NCBI GenBank assembly: GCA_963778115.1
Contig: CAVZSV010000004.1
Span: 960,001-1,024,000 of the forward strand
Direction: 5' to 3'
Length of the DNA stretch: 64,000 nucleotides
From: an uncultured delta proteobacterium
Lineage (GTDB): Bacteria; Bdellovibrionota; FAC87; UBA2466
The notes below the pieces were generated by a model. That model searched no databases. It worked only from the letters and a program-made list of their open reading frames with translations, and was not told the DNA's origin. Below, piece after piece: positions 28,578-37,165 of the stretch. A program made the translations under genes and the position numbers. Each line of letters starts with the position of its first letter. Within the stretch, counting starts at the first letter, position 1.

Positions 28578-29864
28578 GTGGCTATTCAAACTAAGCAAAC
28601 CGGTAAAGACGCGGGCTCGTTTTCTAAAAAGACGCTCCACCTCATTCAACTCTTTTTCACTCTAGTCGGCATTCTGCTCAGCGTCTATATGCTCGTTCAG
28701 CATACCCGACTAAAAAGCGGAATCCAAGAAGGTCGCAGCTTCTGCTCATTTGGTAAACACATTGACTGCGATGCCGTAAACGCCAGCAATTTCTCTGAGG
28801 TTGGGGGAGTTCCGTTAGCCACCCTGGGCGCCTGCTTCTACTTTTTGCTTTTCGTCATGTCGATTTTAAGCCTCCCCCGATCTGCAGGCTATGAGAGATG
28901 GCAGCGGGCGATCGCCTGGTTTTGTCTGGTAAGCCTCTCTCTGGATGTCGTGCTTCTGGGCGTTCAGTCTTTCGTGCTATTCAATTTCTGCGTGCTCTGC
29001 ATTGGTTCCTATCTCGTGACGGGGATCATTTTTGTTACAGCCGGCCTCACTCTGAATAGGAATAAATGGAGTGGTCTTTTCGATGCAGCCCTTAAGAAGA
29101 ATATTCCTTCCAGTTCTAAAATAGGAGCGGGAGGCCTAACGATCCTTTTGATCTGTATGGCTGTTTTCTATTGGGCAATATCGATGCTTCCCACTTACGT
29201 TCGCAGCCACTCGCAAGCCAACAAGAATGCCGATAACGCGCTTAATCAGTTCTTCCAGGACTTCAAGCGGCTGCCTATCCGACGCCTTCCGGTAAAACCG
29301 GGGGACGGCACTTTCGGCAATTCGGCCGCCAAGGTTCAGGTCGTCGAATTTAGTGATTTTCAATGCCCGTTTTGCAAGAAAGCCGCTTTCACCATGCACA
29401 CGCTACTCAATGCGGACGCGGGAAAGATCTCTTTCGTTTTCAAAAACTACCCGCTGGATAAAGCGTGCAACGATAAGGTCATCTATCAAATGCACCAATA
29501 TGCGTGCCGATTATCAAAGCTCGCTTACTGCGCCAACGAAAGAGGAAATTTCTGGGCGTTTCATGACGCGGTCTTCCTCAATTGGGATACGGAAAAGGAT
29601 CTCGCCGTAGCCCCTTCGTCTCAAAACGACCCTCTCGAGACTGCGGTCACTTCAGGACCCTTAAAGGGTCTGTTCACGGAAAACCAATATAAGGATTGTC
29701 TAAAAAGTACCATCGCAGAAGAGAACACTTCCGAAGATCTCCACCTCGGAAATGATCTGGGAGTAAACGGAACCCCCAGCATCTTCATCGACGGTAAGCC
29801 CGTCACCATTCCCCTTACCGTGGAAAACCTGAAACATTTAATCGACATCGAAGATAAGTTGTAG
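28578..29864 (+). CDS. VKOR-DsbA fusion oxidoreductase
   Basis: FCS....DC..V..S..S...GVP and CVLC (VKOR); EFSDFQCPFC and GTPS (DsbA). Confidence 0.9.
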   Translation: MAIQTKQTGKDAGSFSKKTLHLIQLFFTLVGILLSVYMLVQHTRLKSGIQEGRSFCSFGKHIDCDAVNASNFSEVGGVPLATLGACFYFLLFVMSILSLPRSAGYERWQRAIAWFCLVSLSLDVVLLGVQSFVLFNFCVLCIGSYLVTGIIFVTAGLTLNRNKWSGLFDAALKKNIPSSSKIGAGGLTILLICMAVFYWAISMLPTYVRSHSQANKNADNALNQFFQDFKRLPIRRLPVKPGDGTFGNSAAKVQVVEFSDFQCPFCKKAAFTMHTLLNADAGKISFVFKNYPLDKACNDKVIYQMHQYACRLSKLAYCANERGNFWAFHDAVFLNWDTEKDLAVAPSSQNDPLETAVTSGPLKGLFTENQYKDCLKSTIAEENTSEDLHLGNDLGVNGTPSIFIDGKPVTIPLTVENLKHLIDIEDKL

Positions 29865-29957
29865 CGCCTAAGTCGTCACCCGTGTCTTGGGCTTACACAA
29901 GCCTCTTAGGCGTGTGTGCTCGACAGTCACCTGGCACGCCTTGCAAAGCATAAGCCT

Positions 29958-31187
29958 GTGAAGAGTCGACTCCTCATTTTTGGCCTCTGTGTAGCCACGC
30001 TGTTATCAGGGGCCATTGCTCGGGCTGAGACTCGTGATCTAAGAATTATGAGTCAAAACCTTTGGATGCTCTCTCTGGATTCGAGAGCCGGAGGTACTGC
30101 GGATGAAAGAGTGAAAATACTCCTCAAAGTTGTCCGGGAGGCTTCTCCCGACATTATCACTTTTAGCGAGGTCTGGGGGGCCGATTATAGAACCGCCGTC
30201 AAGAATAGTCTCACTCCTTTAGGATATCAGTGTGAAGCAAAGTCAGATTTACCACTACTCGATGCCGGGCGCGAAATTGGATTGGGGTTGGGAGCCGGAG
30301 CCAGCCTGCAGGCTTTCTTGGCCTACCGATCCCGAAAGAAAAGTTGTGAATGGTCTTATGCTGCCATTGGAATCGCGGCAGGTGCGACAGTCACCGCGGG
30401 TTTGGCCGCCACCTTCTTTGGGGCAGACCAGGGGATCGTAAGAAATTTTGGGGATGGACTTCTAGTCTGTTCCAAATTTGCTTTGAAAGAGTCCCAAGTT
30501 TTTCATTTCAAGAACACGGTAGGTTCTTTTAGCGACAAACAGGAAGAGATGTTTCTATTTAGAGGAGCCATCCGTGCGGTGTACGAGGTTCCCGGAATTG
30601 GCCCCGTTGAAGTTTACACCACTCATTTAGGCCCTCGAAGATACCACGAAGAGACGGGTACGTACGCTCCTGAAGACTCCGAGCAAAACAAAAAACAGAC
30701 ACTGGAATTAGTGGATTGGATAAGAAAGACCCATAAAGGTAAAACTCCCATGTTTCTGACCGGGGACATGAATTTTAACTATCAACAGATCACAAAGGGA
30801 AAGTGGGACGGTCAGCCTTACCCAGCTTACGAAATTCTCACCGATTCCCCAAGAGGATTAGGACTCATTGACACGTTTCGAAAGGTAAGAAATTACGGTT
30901 CCCCCCCAGAAGCTCCGAAAGCCGATGCCTATACGGACGGCCCCCTTACCCCAGGGGGTTATTTGACTAAACACATCGCCGAAGGCCACTCGCATCCCTA
31001 TGAGGTGACCGATTATATCTTCTGCGCTTCGGACCCTAGAATCATCCCACTAGACTCTCGCATCATCCTACAGACAAATTTCGGCAAGCTGGATCCTGAT
31101 GAAAAGCGCAAGAACGCCGAGAGACTGCTTCATGAAGAGTTAGCGGATCATGGTGGAGTTCTGACTACGGTTAGAATAAATCCTTAG
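29958..31187 (+). CDS. Exported endonuclease/exonuclease/phosphatase (EEP, sphingomyelinase-like) protein
   Basis: Signal peptide; SQNLW, PDII.FSEVW, GDGLL..SK, TTHL, GDMN, DYIF, ADH. Confidence 0.82.
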   Translation: MKSRLLIFGLCVATLLSGAIARAETRDLRIMSQNLWMLSLDSRAGGTADERVKILLKVVREASPDIITFSEVWGADYRTAVKNSLTPLGYQCEAKSDLPLLDAGREIGLGLGAGASLQAFLAYRSRKKSCEWSYAAIGIAAGATVTAGLAATFFGADQGIVRNFGDGLLVCSKFALKESQVFHFKNTVGSFSDKQEEMFLFRGAIRAVYEVPGIGPVEVYTTHLGPRRYHEETGTYAPEDSEQNKKQTLELVDWIRKTHKGKTPMFLTGDMNFNYQQITKGKWDGQPYPAYEILTDSPRGLGLIDTFRKVRNYGSPPEAPKADAYTDGPLTPGGYLTKHIAEGHSHPYEVTDYIFCASDPRIIPLDSRIILQTNFGKLDPDEKRKNAERLLHEELADHGGVLTTVRINP

Positions 31188-31379
31188 GCAAAACGAAATC
31201 GCTAAGGCCCACACGAACGTGGGCCTAGAGGCGATGGTGAACTTGAACTCTCACTTCATCGTGAGCTTGTGCACTTCCAATCCAACCCGGGTTCTTTCCG
31301 AATGACGCTTGCGGTCGAGAACACCGTTGAGGGAAACCCAGAGGTAGGGTGCGGCGGCGGCATGGAACGGTGCTAACCC

Positions 31380-31785
31380 ACTCTTGCGTATCCCCACGCC
31401 AAAGGGCCGTAAACCCCCAAACCCAAAAAAAGAAAACCAATTTATCCGCCGCGCGACGGCAAAAAAATAATCCCGGTCCGAGATCCGAAAATAAAGAGAA
31501 AAAAAACGAAAGCGCCAGCGACAGAACAATCTTCTCACTCCTCCGTCTTCATAACGGCCTCGCACAAAAGAAAGCAGGGACTCCTAGGAAGGCCCGTCTC
31601 AAATTACAGAACGAGGTCCATGCACTAGTCATCACCCAAGCACCAGCGTCGGAAGGTACAAACTTTTCCTGAGCGGAGCGACGGCACAGGTTAGACGTTC
31701 TTGAATAAACAACTCTTGCGCACCCCAACGCCAAAGGGACCGTAAGCCCCAAACCCAAAAATCCGAGAAGAAAGAGAAAAAAAAC
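31380..31785 (+). repeat. Two diverged copies of a non-coding unit
   Basis: 31380-31429 vs 31712-31761 (about 45 of 51 aligned positions) and 31483-31507 vs 31761-31785 (23 of 25). Confidence 0.85.
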
Positions 31786-32027
31786 AGGATGCGTCGGACA
31801 AATTATGATTGACACGATTCGTCAAAGAATCGGGTTATGGGAGTCATGACTTGTCCGCTGGTAAATAAACCACGCTCCTCTTCGTTTCCTTCGACGCTAC
31901 GAGATTGTTTTTTGGGTAATCACCTGGGCTCCTCACATGATTCGAATCATGTTGCAGTGACGTAAATACCGCAAAAAAAGTCACTCCAAAAACCCGTGGT
32001 AGAAATAGAACAACACGGAGGTTTGTA

Positions 32028-32220
32028 GGTGGAGACAAGATTTTATAGCGCTTTCTTTAAATAATAGTGAATTAGTAAGTCGATTTCGTCGGTCAGCAAA
32101 AGCCGAAAGAAAGATTCAAGCGCAGGTATTAGCGTACCTAGCTGTGATAGAGCAGCGAAAGATTTTTGCGGTAGAAGGGTATTCTTCTTTGTGTGGGTTT
32201 TTAGTGAAGGAGATGGGGCT
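32028..32220 (+). pseudogene. Frameshifted N-terminal fragment of an HNH/DUF222-like protein
   Basis: GGAGG RBS, then GTG-ETRF and a frameshift into SELVSRFRRSAKAERKIQAQVLAYLAVIEQRKIFAVEGYSSLCGFLVKEMG, resembling the ER...L..I..R.....GYSSL..Y....LG N-terminus of these proteins. Confidence 0.55.
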
Positions 32221-32527
32221 CACCTTCTTTCAGGAAAAGGACGAAACCTCGGCTAGAGTGGTGTGGGATCAGATCGGTGACTGGATCTGGCAGGCAGGCT
32301 TCGCTCACCTGATGGACTGGCACCGCAATCTCGAAAAGGGCTGGGGTACTCTCAAAAACTACTTCCGCTTCCCTGTCACCACAGGCCTTTCAGAGGGTAT
32401 TAATCGCGCCATCAAGGGCCTTAAATGGCAGGCCTATGGCTACAAAGACATGGAGTACTTCAAACTTAAAATTCTCCAAAAGGTGGGTTACCTAAACTAC
32501 CGATATTGTTTAATCGCAAACTTTTAA
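32219..32527 (+). mobile_element. ISL3 family transposase C-terminal remnant
   Basis: LKNYF.FPVTTGLSEGINRAIKGLKWQAYGYKDMEYFKLKILQ matches the ISL3 C-terminal EG.N..IK..K..AYG signature. Confidence 0.8.
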
Positions 32528-32631
32528 GAGAAAGGGCCTCCAACCCGTCCAAGCATTAGACACCTGGAGAAAGCATAGCCGTAACTTAAGAAATACAGCG
32601 CTGAAATCTAAGGGGAATCCGTGCTCAAAAC

Positions 32632-32647
32632 AGGCCCTTGGTTTGCT
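32632..32647 (+). promoter_or_regulatory. Candidate sigma54 promoter
   Basis: AGGCCCTTGGTTTGCT (GG-N10-GC) followed by GGAGG and GTG 32678. Confidence 0.55.
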
Positions 32648-32677
32648 TGTTTAGGCTCATTGGAGGGTTAGATTCCG

Positions 32678-34216
32678 GTGGGCTATTTAGGACAAAAACC
32701 GAGATCCTTTAGAGTGAGTATTGGGGGAATGCTGTTGCTACTCCCTTGCCTCTCGGCTCACGCCAAATTGGTCGACGTCGAAGCGGCCCAGCAAAAATCG
32801 ATTCAAAGGTACAATCAAAAATTTTCGGATTTCAGCCAAGAAAAAAACGTCATGGGAAAACCTCAGACGGCAACCGGAGGTCAAGTTCAAGCTAAAGTTA
32901 AAGTGCGGTTTGACTCTGACGATCAAGTCGCTTTCGAAAGTGATCTGACCTACCATGATTACCAATACGATACCGATGATGAGGCCTATGCTCAAAAGCA
33001 GAAAGCCAATCCGAACCCCAATCCCAATACGGATAAGACTCGAATCCTTTATGCAAGCGTCTCTCCTCACGGAGCTATTGAACAAGGTGGAGGTTCTTCG
33101 CTTTTAGAAAGAACCGTTTATAAACTCAATGACCAATACGCCCAAGAGCAAAGCAAAGATGAAAAGAAGAAATTTGATGAGCAAAAGGGAATTAAGTATG
33201 AAGGCGTTTTTAAGATCGAAACTCAAGAGGTAAACGACAAAGAGAAAAAAACAAAAAACGACAAAGACAACGTTCCGGATAAAGTCGAACGCCGCTCCAT
33301 TCGGGATGAAGCTCTCGGCCAAATCGAGCAGGTGGGAGAGGGATCCTTTCAAGGCATTGAACGGGCTGCTAAAGATCAGGATAAAAAGAATGACCCCAAA
33401 GCGATGGGAACCCTTTCGCTTTATTACACTGCCGGGAAAGAGGCTCTTAAAGCGCTTTATAAAAGTACTCTGGCAAACTTTGGACAGACCCGTACTTACG
33501 AAGGAATTAAAGCTGAAAATGCCAACGTCGATAAAGTAAAACTCAACGAAGACGTTTCCAACTGCGATCAGTGGCAAGAACAGGCCATAGCGCAGATCGA
33601 TCCCAAGGCTTCCGACAAGGACCAGCAGCAACAAGAGATTGCTCGGATGGTCAAGCAGTGTAAGCAGATGGTTAAAACCAATTATAAACAGATTAATCCT
33701 CAATTCACCGATAGCGGTTCTGGTGGAGGGGGTGGCGGCGGGGGAGATCAGAAATTGGAGGAAAAAGGGGTGAAGGACGAAAATAACCGCGAAAGAGATT
33801 ATCGCGTTGAACTCAATTTACTTTCGAAAGAAGGGACGCGTGCGCAAGACGTTCAATCGAATTGGAAATATACCAATAAAGACGAAACCAACAAAGTCGT
33901 CACTGCTTTCGACAAGAATGGGAATCCCACCAAGACCGAAAACTTAAGAATGGATCAGCAAGTCGATCGCTATAACAGCCAGCTCGAAGTCGCAGCCCAA
34001 GCCCTACCCGACATTCAGAGTCGGTTTCCCAATCTTAAAGTCACGGCCGGACAAATTACTAACAATGAGATAAAGCATAAAACGAAACGGGCCGATGAAA
34101 TTACTCAATATCCCACGGGTGCTGTCGTTCAAGGATTTGAACCGGATCGCGCCAAAGCGATCGGAAATCAAGCACTTCCCACCAACTACGACGACCTCCA
34201 AAAATCTCAACCCTAG
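32678..34216 (+). CDS. Secreted, highly charged (Q/K/D/E/N-rich) hypothetical protein
   Basis: 512-aa ORF; signal peptide ending SAHA; NPNPNP and poly-Gly linkers; one Cys pair in the mature region. Confidence 0.75.
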   Translation: MGYLGQKPRSFRVSIGGMLLLLPCLSAHAKLVDVEAAQQKSIQRYNQKFSDFSQEKNVMGKPQTATGGQVQAKVKVRFDSDDQVAFESDLTYHDYQYDTDDEAYAQKQKANPNPNPNTDKTRILYASVSPHGAIEQGGGSSLLERTVYKLNDQYAQEQSKDEKKKFDEQKGIKYEGVFKIETQEVNDKEKKTKNDKDNVPDKVERRSIRDEALGQIEQVGEGSFQGIERAAKDQDKKNDPKAMGTLSLYYTAGKEALKALYKSTLANFGQTRTYEGIKAENANVDKVKLNEDVSNCDQWQEQAIAQIDPKASDKDQQQQEIARMVKQCKQMVKTNYKQINPQFTDSGSGGGGGGGGDQKLEEKGVKDENNRERDYRVELNLLSKEGTRAQDVQSNWKYTNKDETNKVVTAFDKNGNPTKTENLRMDQQVDRYNSQLEVAAQALPDIQSRFPNLKVTAGQITNNEIKHKTKRADEITQYPTGAVVQGFEPDRAKAIGNQALPTNYDDLQKSQP

Positions 34217-34257
34217 TCTGTTGGTTTTTGCACGAGCCACATGATATAAGTCTAGGC

Positions 34258-34734
34258 ATGTCAACCCATGAAGTCATTGAAGAACACCTTCTATCGATAC
34301 AGCGCTTCTTTGAACGGGGCGTCGCCCAACGGGGAACTCGCCCGTTACGCGATGGCATTGAAGTAGCTATTTTCTTGGACGGCAAAGGTCCTGTAACCCT
34401 GACCAAACGCGGGGGGAGTGCCTTGGTCGTAAAAGAGATCCCCGTGAAACCGGATCTCACTTTTTGGATTCCCGGCCCTGCGATAAAAACCTTGGAAACG
34501 ATCACCACCGAAGACGTGGGAGAAATCGGAATCGAAATCTTAAAACTCATGTCACACTCCGATCCGGCCTATCGAGTAGCGGCAAAAGTCCACATTGGCC
34601 CTTTCGACTTACTCAGAAATGGATATCTAAGTGTCCTTCCTTTAGGCGGCCCGTCGGTCATGAAATTCTTGGCGTCCAAGGGCTTTACGGGTATGGGAAA
34701 GATTAAAGACGCCATTTCACGAATGAGGACCTAA
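34258..34734 (+). CDS. Hypothetical protein, possibly SCP2-like lipid-binding fold
   Basis: Beta-rich segment VTLTK.GG.ALVV....KPDLTF.I; tightly linked to hpt. Confidence 0.55.
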   Translation: MSTHEVIEEHLLSIQRFFERGVAQRGTRPLRDGIEVAIFLDGKGPVTLTKRGGSALVVKEIPVKPDLTFWIPGPAIKTLETITTEDVGEIGIEILKLMSHSDPAYRVAAKVHIGPFDLLRNGYLSVLPLGGPSVMKFLASKGFTGMGKIKDAISRMRT

Positions 34735-34737
34735 TCG

Positions 34738-35274
34738 GTGGCAACGCAATTACATAGTTTTATGGAAGCCGAAGAGATCCAAACTTTGGTTAGGCGGTTG
34801 GGAAAACAGCTTTCTCTGGACTACGCTTCCGTTTTAAAGTCCGGAGAGTCCCTTAAAGTTATAATCACTCTCAAAGGTGCCATCTTTTTTGCAGCCGATC
34901 TATTGCGCGAGTTATCGATTCCTGTTCGCGTCGATACGATTCGTCTTGCCAGTTATGGATCGGGAACCCAATCGAGCGGGACTGTGTCCTTGGTGAAAGG
35001 ACTCGAGGAGTCCCCCAAAGACGCTCACGTTCTGGTACTAGATGAAATTGTGGATACCGGCCGCACGCTTTCGTATCTGATACGAAAACTCAAGGGCGAA
35101 GGAGCCAGAAGTGTTCGCACTTGTGCGCTACTTAACAAAGCAAGTCGCAGAGAAGTTGCTATCACTGTGGATTATGTGGGCAAAGAGATCGAAGATCGGT
35201 TTGTAGTCGGATACGGACTCGACTTTAACGAATCTTATCGCAATTTGCCCGCTATTTACGTTCTCCAACAATAA
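34738..35274 (+). CDS. hpt: Hypoxanthine phosphoribosyltransferase
   Basis: LKGAIFF.ADL.R, SYGSGTQSSG.V, VLVLDEIVDTGRTL, FVVGYGLD..E.YRNLP. Confidence 0.93.
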   Translation: MATQLHSFMEAEEIQTLVRRLGKQLSLDYASVLKSGESLKVIITLKGAIFFAADLLRELSIPVRVDTIRLASYGSGTQSSGTVSLVKGLEESPKDAHVLVLDEIVDTGRTLSYLIRKLKGEGARSVRTCALLNKASRREVAITVDYVGKEIEDRFVVGYGLDFNESYRNLPAIYVLQQ

Positions 35275-35312
35275 AAAAATAGGGGCGGGAGAGAGCCTCT
35301 CCACACCCCTAT
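35273..35312 (-). terminator. Intrinsic terminator of the flagellar operon (may also serve hpt)
   Basis: ATAGGGGCGGGAGAG-AGC-CTCTCCACACCCCTAT stem next to an A7 run (U-tract on the minus strand). Confidence 0.65.
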
Positions 35313-35345
35313 GCTAAACTATTTTCTTACGACTACCGGTTACTC

Positions 35346-36650
35346 TTAGGCGCCGCGACGAAGGTTGATGACTTCATCCAACATTTCATTCGCCGTCGTG
35401 ATTCCTTTGGCGCTCGCCTGGAATCCGCGCTGAGTCTTAATCATATTCACGAACTCTTTGGCGATATCGACATTTGAAGATTCCAGACTTCGGGTCATCA
35501 CCGTGCCCCTGCCGTTGGAATTCGGTTGACCCACATTGGCCTGTCCCGATCCCACCGTCTCGCGGTATTGGTTTTGTCCCAGCTTGTCTAGCTTCTCGTT
35601 CGCGTCAAAACGCGCCAGAGCCAATTGACCCAACAACCGATTTTGGCCGTTGGTGTAGACACCGCTAATCACGCCGTCTTCGTCGATAAGCGTATCCGTC
35701 AATGAACCTGCCGCATATCCATCTTGTCCGTTTCGGAAAAGAGAACTCTTGGAGCCGAACATCGTTGTCGTGTCCATCTCTCCAGCGTTCTTTCCGTTCT
35801 TTTCAACCTCTTTTCCAAAGTCGAACGCGAGTTTCTGATTTGCGACAGCACCGTTTACAAACGTGGTGTTCTCAAGAGATTGTTCCGAATCCACCAGCTT
35901 GCCATCTTGGTCGAAGGTAAGTTTTCCTTTAGCTAAAGCTTCCGGAATTCCAGCCTTTCCTCCCTGCAAGTTGGAACCGTCCGTAAGAGCCGACCATTCC
36001 CATTCGGTGTTGGATTTTCGAGTGAAATAGACACCTACGGGATGGGCGTTTCCGATAGAGTCATATACTTGCACTGATGCCGTGAAATTACAGGTCTCAT
36101 CAGGCCTCATCTGATCGAGAGACGGTGAAATGGGGGTTCGAGCGTCCAAGTTGACATGAATGTCCACTTTTTTTGTCGCTTTCGCCGGAATCGAGTTGGA
36201 AGGGATTCGAATGTCGGCAAGTTTTGCCGTGAGTTTCCCATCTCCGGTAGCTTGATAGGCCTGAACTTTTTGGCCGTTAATGCTCGTTAACCAACCATCC
36301 TTGTCGAAACGAAAACTACCGTCACGGGTATAGGTTAGCCCCCGCCCTTCGTTCTTTAAGATGAAAAATCCACTTCCGTTAATGGCAACGTCAGTGGCCC
36401 TCTCGGTGCGGGTGGTACTTCCTTGGGTAAAGAGTCCAGTAACTCCCCCTAGACTAGTTCCCCGTCCGATCTCACCTACTTCACCACCACCTCCACCGAA
36501 ATCTTGGCCTAACACGGACTGAAACTCTCCGCGAGAAGCTTTAAATCCAGTGGTATTGGCGTTTACGATGTTATCGGAGATGACGGCTAATGCCTGACCG
36601 TTGGCTTCCAGTCCGGAGATGGAAGTAGACATAGATCCGATGATACTCAT
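35346..36650 (-). CDS. flgE: Flagellar hook protein
   Basis: SISGL......VISDNIVNANTTGFK, YTRDGSF, LESSNVD. Confidence 0.95.
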   Translation of the reverse strand: MSIIGSMSTSISGLEANGQALAVISDNIVNANTTGFKASRGEFQSVLGQDFGGGGGEVGEIGRGTSLGGVTGLFTQGSTTRTERATDVAINGSGFFILKNEGRGLTYTRDGSFRFDKDGWLTSINGQKVQAYQATGDGKLTAKLADIRIPSNSIPAKATKKVDIHVNLDARTPISPSLDQMRPDETCNFTASVQVYDSIGNAHPVGVYFTRKSNTEWEWSALTDGSNLQGGKAGIPEALAKGKLTFDQDGKLVDSEQSLENTTFVNGAVANQKLAFDFGKEVEKNGKNAGEMDTTTMFGSKSSLFRNGQDGYAAGSLTDTLIDEDGVISGVYTNGQNRLLGQLALARFDANEKLDKLGQNQYRETVGSGQANVGQPNSNGRGTVMTRSLESSNVDIAKEFVNMIKTQRGFQASAKGITTANEMLDEVINLRRGA

Positions 36651-36784
36651 GAAGGGCTCCTTTGGTTGATTGAGATCCGAAATAGATGTGCGGATCTCAA
36701 GTGAGATTTGTACAACCAAAGCTTCCGTGACCAGTCACGGGCCAGCTTTGGACAACCTAACACTCTCTTCCGGCGGGAAGAGAG

Positions 36785-37165
36785 TTACACCAGAACTGCA
36801 CTATCGATATTAGTGAAAATACGATCCTTCATTTGGTCCCGTTCCATCGCGGTAACTACAGTTCGCGATTTCACGTTCGCAATGACGGCTATATTATCCG
36901 CAAGTATCAGAGTCTCTTTGCTGCCCTTGGCCTGGGCGGCATCAATTCCCTGACTAATACGTTTTTCCATCTCAGCACTCCAAGGAATATTGCGCGAACG
37001 AATCCGCGTTTCCGCGTGTTGCGAAAGATTCACTTGATTGCTGAGCAGAGAGTCGAACTCGGACGGCCCAGACTTAGTCGGTTCAGGCTTTTGAGTGCCT
37101 GGCCTTTCCGTCTGGGGCTGAACGATTCCTCCCCCTAATGCTCTGTAAATATCCGAGACGCTCAT
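36785..37165 (-). CDS. Flagellar operon protein (TIGR02530-like)
   Basis: LSQHA..R...R, AKGSKETL, RTVVTAM, IFTNIDSAV; located between flgD and flgE. Confidence 0.88.
   Translation of the reverse strand: MSVSDIYRALGGGIVQPQTERPGTQKPEPTKSGPSEFDSLLSNQVNLSQHAETRIRSRNIPWSAEMEKRISQGIDAAQAKGSKETLILADNIAVIANVKSRTVVTAMERDQMKDRIFTNIDSAVLV

Noticed and set aside
29932..29946. TGGCACGCCTTGCA as a sigma54 promoter
   Set aside because: GG-to-GC spacing is 8, not the required 10.
31205..31226. AGGCCCAC/GTGGGCCT hairpin after the EEP gene as a terminator
   Set aside because: Good stem but no U-tract, so not called as a feature.
31225..32038. Short ORFs of 64-107 aa in the repeat region
   Set aside because: Low-complexity translations of A/T-run repeats with no RBS or domain; treated as non-coding.
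33714..33746. G-rich tract as a phase-variation or G-quadruplex site
   Set aside because: It encodes an in-frame poly-Gly linker with mixed codons and the ORF is intact.
36718..36749. Hairpin upstream of flgE as a sigma54 promoter or terminator
   Set aside because: No GG-N10-GC match and no clear U-tract; at most an mRNA processing or stability stem.
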